NCBI RefSeq assembly: GCF_020745735.1
Contig: NC_083409.1
Location: 6,933,534-6,997,533, forward strand
Reading direction: 5' to 3'
Source of the DNA: Hemiscyllium ocellatum
Taxonomy: Eukaryota
DNA length: 64,000 nt
The notes below the pieces were generated by a model, which was not told the origin of the DNA, ran no database searches, and worked only from the letters and a program-made list of their open reading frames with translations. Shown here piece after piece: positions 24,406 through 35,415 of this stretch (positions are counted from its first letter, which is position 1; every line of letters begins with the position of its first letter). A program made the translations under genes and the position numbers.

Positions 24406-27400
24406 GACTCTCCTGCTCCAGGGATTCTGCCTGACCGGCCGTGCTTTTCCAGCGCTACATGATTTCGCTCTGTGCTGTGGTAACAGTATGTTAAAGCCCA
24501 GCACAGGTCATCCGTCATCTCAATCAGGTCACAGGGCCGAAGGTTCGTCAGTAATGTCTGGCCCCAGAGCAATAACACTGACTGTCTGGAGACAACCCAG
24601 ATCAAGTCTCAGTGACCTTCACCCTCAAAGCCCAACAAGGAGGTGGTGGTTGTTAATCTCAATTTTGCCACAGATTAAGTTCTCCCAGAGCTTCATAATT
24701 CATTCCAGATTTTAAACAAGGAAGGGATGTTGTGGGGAGACAGATGGGAAGGCATGGAGAGGAAACAAAAAGGAGAGAGAATTGCATTTCTGTTACACCG
24801 TTCATGAGCTCAACATGTTCAAAGATGTTTTACAGCTCATGGAATTCTTCCAAAGTCTAGTCATTGTTGTAATGTGGGAACTGTGACAGCACATTTCCTC
24901 TCAACAAGCTCCACGATAACAGCAAACTATTGACCAGGATCTCAGGGATAGGACACGGAGTGGAGAATAGGATGAAATGGCAAGTGATACCCAAGCAGCC
25001 AATGAGGCCTGAGTATTAGGCTGGGTGGAAGGGAAATGTCAAAGGAAATGGGCTTCTTAAAATTCCTTCATGGGATGTGCGGTTCACTGAATGGGCCAGC
25101 ATTTATTAATATCCCTAGTTGCCCTGGTGAAGTTGGTGCTGAGTTGCTTTCTTGAACTGTTGCATCCATGTGCTGTAGATAGACTCATAAAGCCCTAAGA
25201 GGCGAAATTCCAGGATTTTGACCCAGTGGCAGTGAAGGAACAGTTCAAAGTCAGGACGGTGAGTGGCTTGCATCGAACTTCCATGGATTTGGTGTTTCCA
25301 TATATCTGATGCCCTTGTCGTTCCAGACTGAAGCAGTCATGGGTTTGGAAAGAATTATTTTAAGGACGTTTGATGCGCTGGTGTTAGTGGTACAGCTGGC
25401 TGAAAATTCCCTTTTCTCTTACATCTGTCAAGAGACAACTCCTGGTCAGTGATATCAACAACAACTTGTATTAATACAGCATCTTTAATATAGTAACCAT
25501 TCAAAAGGTGGGGGCACATGGTGTTTGTGATGGTGACCAAAAAGAGACAAAGAGCTCATTCTAAGAAGTGAGAGGGGTTTTTGGAGGAAATCCCCGTGCT
25601 GAGGGCCTGGGGAGATTGAAGACACAGCTGCAAGTCATGAGGGGGGAGGCCAGATTGGAAAGTTTGGGAGATGGGGGAGGGATTGAGGATAACCGAGTGG
25701 TCCATTATATCCCCTCACCCACCTGCTGCAGCAGGAGACTGGGGAGAGGAATCGGGAGGCTGGGCAAGGCACCACCCAGAGGCTGGAGGCAGCTACTGCA
25801 AGGAGGGTCCAAACCAGTTCTGCCGTGAGAAATTGGAGCAGGAGTATGCTTCCAATGCCAGTCCATCCTTTCTTAAATATAGGGACCAAAACGGCACACA
25901 GCACTGCACGTGCAGGCTTATTCACACCCATTAGAATTGGTACAAGGTTCCTCTATTTTTAAATTCCAACCCGCAGCAATAAAGGTTGAAATTCCATTCA
26001 TCCCCACCCAGTGCCCGAGAGATTGGGGGCAGGGGGGAGTTGGGGAGGTTGGGGGTGGGTTGGGAGGGAGGGGGAATGACAGCAGTCTCCGACAGAAGGA
26101 ATGCTAAAAATGCTATCACTATAAGAGTGAAAAGGTGGGGTGGGGACAGTGACAGTAACCCCCTCCACAGAGAGAAGGGAAAGTACACTGGCACATTTAA
26201 AACTGTATTATCACAAGTGAGAATTCAAACAACCACCCACTCCATCATGAGTCTTCCCACATTGTTGGTTTGATCAGTGACGTAGCAAGGAAGCAGCAGC
26301 TGCCCCATGAACTCCAACAAAAGAATGAGAACAGGGTCTTCATACGGAGTTGTTTCCCGAGAATCCAATTCAACAGCAGGGATCAAAGAACAAGGAACAT
26401 TACAGCACAGGAACAGGCCCTTCGGCCCTCCCAGCCTGTGCTGACACATTCTGCCCTTCCTCACTGAAACGGTATTCACTTTCAGGATTCATATCCCTCT
26501 ATTTCCTTCCTATCCATGTATTCATCCAGATGTTTCTTGAATGCTGCTATTGCGTCTGCTTCCACCACCTCCACTGGCAGTGTATTCCTGCCCCTCACCA
26601 CCGTTTGTGTGAAATACTTACCTCACACATCTGTTTTAAACACCCACCAGCTCCCCCCCACCCCCCCCCCCACACCTTGAACCTGTGTCCACTAGTAACT
26701 GACCTCTCTACTCTCAGAAAAAGCCTCATATTTTCCACTCTCTCCATGCCATTCACAATTTCATAAACTTCTATTAGGTTGCCCCTGAAACCTCCTGCAT
26801 TCCAATAAAAACTCCTGTCTATCCAACCTTCCTTCATCACTAAAACTCTCCATATCAGACAGCATTCATGGTAAGTCTTTTTTGTACCCTCTCCAAAGCA
26901 TCCACATCCTTCTGGTCATGTGGTGACCAGAACTGTATGCAAATGTTCCAAGTGTGGCCAAACTAAAGTTCAGTAAAGTGGGGTAAAACTTGTCTATCCT
27001 AATACTCAGTGCTCCTCCCAATGTAGCCAAGCTTGCCATTGACCTTTTTTACTACCTTAGGTGCTGCGACCTTCAGTGATCTGTGAACATGCACATCCAT
27101 ATCCCTCTGCATTTCAATACTCCAATGGATTCTGCCATTCACTGTGCAGGTATTCTGCCACCTGTATTTCATCTTTCAAAATGCATCATTTCACATTTAT
27201 CTGGATTAAACTTCACATGCCATTTTCTATCCATGCATCCAATTGATTTATGTCCTGCTGTATCCTCTGATAATCTGATCATTAACTGCAACTCCAGCAA
27301 TTTTTGTGACATCCACAAACTCATCAATGAGACTAGCCATGTTTTCGTCCAAATCATTTATGTAGACCATGAACAGCAAAGGTCTCATCATTGATCCCTG

Positions 27401-30400
27401 TGAAATCCACAAGACACAGCCCTCCATTCTGAAATCCATCCTTCCATCACTACCCTCTGTCTCGTCTGACACAGCCAGTTCTGTACCCAATGCTGGGAAC
27501 ATTTTAGACAAGACAACTTGTTGTCAGATCGTTACTGCAACTTGATCCAGTTCATTCAGAAAGAGAAAAAGGACAATGTGCAGATTGTTCAACAGGCCCC
27601 TACACCTGGGCCTGAGGCAGGAGCCCAAGCTCCAACAGAGTACACATGAAACTGAAGAAAGAGTGGGGTCGTGATGTCTGGCCATATGTTCCTCTGGGAC
27701 CGGGACAGAGTGAGGGAACAGGGACAATTGTAGCAGAGTCAATAAGGATTAAAGCAAGATGGAGAGAGTGTTTTGGAAAGGGGCTAGAGGAGGAAATAAA
27801 CTTTTTGCCACCCAACGCTGACATACTCTCCGTGTATCACATCATGAATAAAACAGCACACTGTGAGGCAATCAAAAGTTATACCAAAGTAGTTCTTTTT
27901 GAGATATCATAGCATGCAGAGCATTTTCATTGTGGTGCAATTATGTATCCTGGTTCAAAAGATGTACTCTCTCCCTCTCCTCTTATGTACAGATTCAGCC
28001 AGTTAGATCCTCACAGAGCCCCAGTTTATTTGCACTGTTCAGTAATGTGGAAATGCCAATGCAGCACTGGGGTACACTTGATGAAGGAGCAGCGCTTCGG
28101 TAGATTGTGATTTCAAATGAATCTATTAGGCTAGAAGCTGGAGTAGTGTGTCCTCTGACGTTGTATTCTTCAGGCACAGTGAAACATCAACTTTCTAGTT
28201 ACTATGGAGAATTTACACAGCTGCTAAAGACTACGGGTAGTGACTCCATCTATTAGCTGCAAACACACCAGTAAGTCATTCCAGGGGATTCCAGCGGGGA
28301 TGACCAATCAGTTGCTTTGATCTAGTTTCCCAGTTAATCAGGTCATGGCTGACCTGAAATACATTCTCCGTTTGTCCTGTAAACCGTACTGACCTGCGTA
28401 AATGGATATTGAAACCCAACCTCAACAGCTTTTCATTTTGGATTGAGGGTTCCAGATTTCCATCACTCTGTCGGAAGGAATTTTTGCTGAAATCATCTGA
28501 GTTACAATTTTAACAACCCTCTTGTTCTGGACTCTGGGACTGGAGAAAGCAATTTACATCGACATTGTTCATCATCTCTGGGGAAAAGTCTCGCTGATGT
28601 AATCTGTTCCCTGTCATTAACAGTTTCTGATCTGAAGGTGACATCACAGACTGGATACTGAGAGGGTGGATCCTGTTATCGGGCAGACGAGAACTGGAGG
28701 GCTGGTTGAACACAAACCAGTCTCCCGTTTAAAGGGAAGGATGGGTTTTCTTGCTGAGGGTTGATAGTCTGTGGAATTCTCTTCTCTATATGGGAATGGA
28801 GGTTCAATCATGGAATTGGCTCAAGGTTACAGTAGACAGATTTTTTGATGAACTAGGCAATTAAGTATAATTGGAGGGGATGGGGAAGCAGAAAGTACAG
28901 GTGAGACCATAACCAGATGAGCAGTGATCTTCTTCATCGGCACAGCAGCTCCCAAAAGGCCTGCTCCTGCTCTTGGGTCCTATGTTCTGGCAGAGGCTGC
29001 AGCAATCCTGGACCCCCATCTTTCCTTTGTCACTCACTGACAGAAATATAATTTTAAAATGAAAATTATTTTCTTGAATAATACCAACTCAATTCTTGTT
29101 GTAGTCTTTTTCTTTGTTGGCTTTTAATTTTAACAGGGTTTTAGAAAAATGTCATTTGTCTTATGTTGCAGTGGAGACAGACACAAGGCAGTGAGGCTTC
29201 AGAGAACACAGAGAGCTTTCACTCTGTACAACAAGGCTGTCAGCACAAGCATCTGGTGACAGGATTGTAGGGGATGAAAAGGAGAGAGTCACGGAGAAAA
29301 GAGACTTTATAGTTCAAAATAAAACCTCTTCATATATTCCCACACTCCAACGAATTAAATTTAGAGGATTAGAAACCCACAATGGTGAGAGTGTGCTGGC
29401 TCAGAGGCTAAAAGGCAGACAGCAAGGAGCTGCATTATTCCTTCTTATTATTATTTCTGCTTCGTTATTGGCGGGCTTCATAATTATTGCACACCCCCAG
29501 TTGCTTGGACTAAATTCTTTGCTTAGCCAGATCATGGCGTCATTAGAAACGGATCATGTCACAGTGGGGCAGGAATCACAGACCAGTCTCTCTCGCTGAA
29601 CGAACATTTGTGAACATCACATTCAATTTCATATCTTTTTTGGACAGATTCCAGCGCCTTCATTTCCAGATATTACATGGTTCACCACCGCCATCTCCAG
29701 GACAATTGGGGAAAGGCAACGCCCGCCCCATCCCAGGAGAAATCAGGAGAAATGATGTAAAATTAAAATGTTCAAACTGCTGAGGCTTGAATTCATCTCT
29801 TGAAAGACTGGAGGTTCGGCCAGAAATAGAACCATGACATGGGTGACCCTGGTTTTTCAGACTGAAAGGTAGGGTGTCCTCCGGATTGACACTGGGATCA
29901 GGCACAAAATGAATTACACTCAAAGACCGAACAAACGGCTCTCAAAGCGGGTCAGAAAACTGCAGAGTACAGCACTTGCAGCTATGCGTCCCCATCTATA
30001 TCCTTGTTGTTGCCCTTCCCTAACTGTCCTGGAGAGGGCGGTGGTGAGCCATGTGTGTCTCAAAGAGGATCAGACAGAGGGACAAGGTCATGTCCTCGGC
30101 CTGAGCACAACTGCCTGACCTGCTGTGCTTTTCCAGCGCCACACTTTTTGACTCCGAGTAAACTATCCCTCAGGAGAATGAGCTGTGGCACAAGAGGAAA
30201 CGTGGGAGTATTGGAAATGCACTGACAGCTTGGTCAGCCTGTAGAGGGGCAGAAACAGATTTGATGAATCAGCTGATATCCTTCCGAGCTTAGGTGCAGT
30301 CTCAGGCTTTCAGAGCTACACAGTTTACATTGTTACTGACTTGGCTCCATGGGCAATGCTCCTGCTTCAGAGTCAAAATGGTCATCGGATTGAAAGCCAC

Positions 30401-30896
30401 CTCAGAAACAAGAGCACAGAATCCAGGCTGAGACTGCAGTGAACTCTGGCACCATGTTATGTATGGGATGTTCATTTAAAGCCCCACCAGCACCACTCAG
30501 ACTACAATCCCTCCACCTCAGGGGGCTCTACAAGATCCCATTCTAAAAGAGATTCCCTCGGGTATCCTGCTCAATATTCAACTAATGCCACCAAAAAGTT
30601 TTGTCTCTTCATTCGTTTGCTGATTTTGGGACCTCAGCATTTTGTCTTGTGAAGGTGATTGCACTGTGCAGGCAGCTTTAAATATCCTGGGATGCTTAAA
30701 AAAAACTGCACCAACAAGAGTTCTCTTTCCATTATCACGTAAAAGGGGAGCAATGAGCAAGTGAAAATCCACGCTGAATGCAAACATTGAAGCTTCAGCT
30801 GAAAGGCTTTTTACACCATGTTAACCTGCTCCCTGGGCATTTCCTTCCAATGTCCGAGATGGTTATCAGGCAGGGATGGAGTCTTGCAGGAGGCTG

Positions 30897-32374
30897 GAAG
30901 AACACAGCAAGTCAGGCAGAATCTGGAAGTGGAGAAGTCAACATTGCAGATATAACTCATCTTCAGAACTGCAGGTGGGGGTAGGGGGAGCTGCAAATCA
31001 AGGTGGGATCAGTTGTTTGGGTGGGTGGAGGGGAATGGTGGAGTGGTAGGTATTGAATGATGAACACAGGTAGAGGGTTTGAAGTGGTTGGTTGATGGGA
31101 GGAATGAATCCATTTGGTGACTGGAAGGGAGGGTCCGTAAGTGGAATAGACTGGAGGACGGGGACAGGAAAGGGAGTCGAAAGTTGGGAAAGGGAGGCTT
31201 TTTGAAATTGGAGAATTCAATGTTGATTCGTCTGGGTTCTAAGCTACACCAGGCAAAAGATAATTGTTTGTTACACCGGTTTGCAATCTGATTGCTTGTG
31301 GCAATGGAGGAGGCAGAGGATGGTCATGCCCGAGAGGGAATAGGAAGGGGAATTGAATAGGCAGTGACTGGGAGGCCAGGTCGGCCTTTGTGAGCATGGC
31401 TGAGATGCTCAGCAAAACATGCCCTTAGTTTGCATTCGGTCTCGCCGATGCAGAGAAGACCACAATGGGTGCAGTGGGTACAATAAACGAGGTTGGAGGA
31501 GATGCAGGTGAACCTCTGTCTGACCTGGAAGGACTGGGGTCCTGCATTGAAATGACAGGCGTGATATGTCAGCAGGTTTTGCAGGGGAAGGTACCAGGGT
31601 TTTGTTGGTGGAGTGGATGTGAAGAATGGTGAAAACCAAGGATTGGCAAAGGGAACAGCCCTTGTGGAAGGCAGAGACGGTTGGGGAGGGGAAGATATTC
31701 TTGGTGGTGGGGTCTAGCTGGAGTTGTCAGAATTGTTTGAGGATGATACGTTGGATGTGGAGATTGGTGAGCCGTAAGGTGAAGTCAAGGGGGACCCTGT
31801 CTTTATTGCATTTTGGAGGGGTGTGTTTAGATTTCGAGAGCAGAGAATGGAGGAGGTGCGGTGGAGGGCTGTCAGGATGGCAGAAGTGGGAAAAGTACGT
31901 TGTTCAAAATAGGCGGACATCTGGGACACTTGGGAGTGGAGCATCTCCTTGTTCGAGCAGATGTGACGGAGATGGAAGAATTGGGAAAACGGGACGGTGT
32001 TCTTGCAGGATACTGGTTGGGAGAAGGTGTTGTCCAGGTAATTGTGTGAGTCTGTGGGTTTACAGTAAATGTCTGTTCCGAGACAGTCACCAGAGATGGA
32101 AATGGAGCGGTCAAGAAATGAGAAGGATTTGTCCAAGATAGACTACGTGAATTTAAGGGCAGGTTGGAAGTTGTTAGCAAATTCGATGAACTGCTCCAGT
32201 TCAGCCTGGGTGCAGGATGCAGCACTGATGCAGTCACTGATGTTATGGCGGAAGATTTGGGGAACGGTGCCTGTGGATGTACTGGTGAGGTATTGTTTGA
32301 TGTAGCCGACAACAAGCAGACATAGCTGGGACCCATGGCCACCCATTGAATTTGGAGGAAATGGGAAGAGTTGA
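30897..32374 (-). mobile_element. Penelope-like element, RT C-terminus plus GIY-YIG endonuclease
   Basis: VAMGPSYVCL, FLDRSISISGDCLGTDIYCKPTDSHNYLD, IPFSQF-like motif, then a GIY-YIG-like LVYC..CGLL.IGET region near 31.45 kb. Candidate 9-bp TSD AGGAGGCTG at 30888-30896 and 32375-32383; absent at the matching site (~11.48 kb) of the other arm. Confidence 0.85.
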
Positions 32375-33929
32375 AGGAGGCTGACAGATCACTTGGAAAT
32401 GTTTGGAAAAGGTTCACAAGGGCACAGTCCAGGCTTCCTGCAAATATCAGCCTTTCTTCTATTGAAGTGCTTCCTCATAGGAGCTTCTCTATGGCGGTTT
32501 CAAGTACACATCCTCCGTGGAAATATCACAGACTTTACTGAAATGGAATGAACTGAAAAAAAGAAAAGGAAATGGGAAGAATTAACCAGACAAGGGTGAG
32601 CATCAAGAGAGATGGGAGTGTGTGGAAGACTCTGTGCCATGAAAAAATCCCAAAGGAGTTTCACAAGAAAAGCTCAAATCTTTCCAAGGATATAACAGGG
32701 ACATGACTTACTGACATCAAATAGGTTGAGTGTTAGGGATCCTGCACCTCTGGTGCCTAACTCTATATGAGACATTACAGTCAAGGATGGTTGATGCACA
32801 AATAAAGGGTGACTTGATGATGTGGAGTTATTTCATGATCAATGACCAGGGGCATAGATTTAAGGGAAATGGCAGAAGATTAAGAGGAAATATGAGGAAA
32901 CACACTTTCGTGCAGAAGGTGGTGGTCATTTCTAACACGCTTTCTGTAAGGATAGTTGAGGCAGAAGCTCTCCCATAACATTGAAATATTTCACTGTGCA
33001 ACTGTGATGCCAAGGCATACAGGGCTACAGACCAAGTACTGGAACATGGAATTAGAATAGTGAGGTGGTTGTGCGACTGGCTTTGGCTCATTGGGCCGAA
33101 GGGCCTTATTATGTAGACCTGTTGTAGATGTCTGACTCTGCCAGGACTCCAGCAAAGTGGCTGACCCTTATCTGCCATTTAAAAGGCCGAGCAAGCCACT
33201 CAGTTTCAGGGAAGTTAGAGATGGAGAGCAAATGCTGATCTTGCCAGCGAGACCCACATCCCAGGAAAGAACAGACGGCCTCAGTGGTAACACCGTCACA
33301 TGAACCTGTAGGTTTCAAGCCCCACTCCAGACACTGGTGCACTATCCTGAGGCTGACAAAGACAAAGATGCCATTTGCTGGATGATCAGTTAAACCACTG
33401 CCCTCTCAGGTCGATGTGAATATAAGGGCTTTGTGACCATCTCAGAGAAACTCTCCCCAGTGTGCTGACCAATGCTTCTCTTACAACCAATGGCATTAAA
33501 ACAGATACAAGAGTAAAATACTGCAAATCTCAAATAGTGTGCGAAGGGAACAGGTGCAGCTGCTTTAGAGAGAGTAGGGAGTAATGTTTTGGATTCGGTG
33601 ATATTTTATCAAAAAAAAACACAGTTTTTGATGACTCTATTTAATTTTAAACTGTTTTATGTTATTTTGTTTTATTTAAATCTTGCTTATGAAATTTCAG
33701 CCGGCTTGATTGGCACTGCACCGACATATATCCATTGCCTCCACACTGATCCTCAGTAACAGCTGTGTGCACAATCTACAAGATACATTGCAGAGGTTCA
33801 GCAAAGATCCTGAGAGAGCACCTTCCAAACCCATGACCACTTCCAACAATGAAGGACATGGCAGCAGATACACAGGAATACCGCTCTTTGCACGTTCCCT
33901 TCCAAGCCATTCAGCATTCTGATATGTAA

Positions 33930-34750
33930 ATATAGAACATAGAACATAGAACAATACAGCACAGAACAGGCCCTTCGGCCCACGATGTTGTGCCGAACAT
34001 CTATCCTAGATTAAGCATCCATCCATGTACCTATCCAATTGCCACTTAAAGGTCGCCAATGATTCTGACTCTACCACTCCCACGGGAGGCGCATTCCATG
34101 CCCCCACCACTGTCTGGGTAAAGAACCCACTCCTGACATCTCCCCTATACCTTCCACCCTTCACCTTAAATTTATGTCCCCTTGTAACACTCTGTTGTAC
34201 CCGGGGAAAATGTTTTTGATTGTCAACTCTATCTATTCCTCTGATCATCTTATAAACCTCTATCAAGTCACCCCTCATCCTTCGCCGTTCCAACGAGAAA
34301 AGGCCGAGAACTCTCAATCTATTCTCGTACAACCTATTCTCCATTCCAGGCAACATCCTGGTTAATCTTCTCTGCACCCTCTCCAAAGCTTCCACATCTT
34401 TCCTAAAGTGAGGCGACCAGAACTGCACACAGTACTCCAAATTTGGCCTTACCAAAGTACTGTACAGCTGCAACATCACTTCACGAATCTTGAATTCAAT
34501 CCCTCTGCTAATGAACGCTAATACACCATAGGCCTTCTGGCAAGCTCTATCCACCTGAGTGGCAACTTTCAAAGATCTATGTACATAGACCCCAAGATCC
34601 CTCTGTTCCTCCATCTGATATGAACCCTACCGTTAACCCTGTATTCCGCATTCTTATTTGTTCTTCCAAAATGGACAACCTCACACTTGGCAGGGTTGAA
34701 CTCCATCTGCCACTCCTCAGCCCAGCTCTGCATCACATCTAAGTCCCTTT
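33930..34750 (-). mobile_element. CR1-like LINE 3' fragment (relatively young)
   Basis: 202-aa ORF 34006-34614 QRDLGVYVHRSLK...LVRPNLEYCVQFWSPH...RMRGDLIEVYKMIRGIDR; TAGAACA tandem tail at ~33930-33950. Confidence 0.9.
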
Positions 34751-35086
34751 GCAGCTGGTTTACTGAAACAGAGACTTCTGATGTTCACATTGTTTTTGCA
34801 CAGCTGACAGTCTTAAGCATCTTCGAGATGTTTTACTTGACATCACAAGTTAACACTGTCCTCATCAAATACATCCAGGTCAGAGAAAGCATGGGCTAGA
34901 TAAAGAGTAAAGTTTTCTCTACACTATCCCAATAACCTGCCTTCACCCCTGAAGCTCAGAAGTGTCTCCAAACCAGTCCTGAGAAGGAAGTGAGTTGAAA
35001 TTCAGGGCTGACAATGACCTTTGTCCTGCCAGCTCAGCCCTGTCCAATTTAAAGTTGTGTCTCTTCTGTGGACTGTCTTGAACACT

Positions 35087-35415
35087 CTACACACATTCTG
35101 ATCTCCTGATGCTCTTGCTGAGGGGCGAGGGGAGGGTCACATGGGTGAGGGCACAGGTGAAGAGAGCGTTGGACTCCCAGTCATACCCAGAGAGGGTCAG
35201 CAGGCAGCTGACACTGCAGGTGCTGTCCGAAGCTCGCAGGTAGTTGCTGGTCTGAACCCCGTCCGAAATGATTGCACCGTCCTTCTTCCACTGCACCTCC
35301 AGCTCATCGGGATAGAAGTGCTTGTCAAGGCACATCAGGGTGGCAGTGCCCTTGGTACTGATCTGCTCTGGGGAGGGGGGCAGCAGGGTCAGCTTGGGCT
35401 TAGAGTTGTCACGGC
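35087..35415 (-). CDS. IGKC: Ig light-chain kappa-type constant exon (open frame)
   Basis: Acceptor TTTCAG at 35416-35421; phase matches the J donor (A+GC=Ser). Translates RDNSKPKLTLLPPSPEQISTKGTATLMCLDKHFYPDELEVQWKKDG...FTCALTHVTLPSPLSKSIRRSECV*, with C1-set Cys/Trp/Cys and the penultimate interchain Cys. Confidence 0.96.

Noticed and set aside
24653-24678. 7-bp inverted repeat TTAATCT...AGATTAA near the midpoint of the large dyad
   Set aside because: Too short to exceed chance, and the midpoint is shifted by TE insertions in the spacer.
29207-29236. RSS-like CACAGAG...ACAACAAGG 3' of the intact C (possible kappa-deleting element)
   Set aside because: The spacer would be 14 nt, the heptamer is imperfect and the nonamer matches only 6/9; there is no adjacent coding segment.
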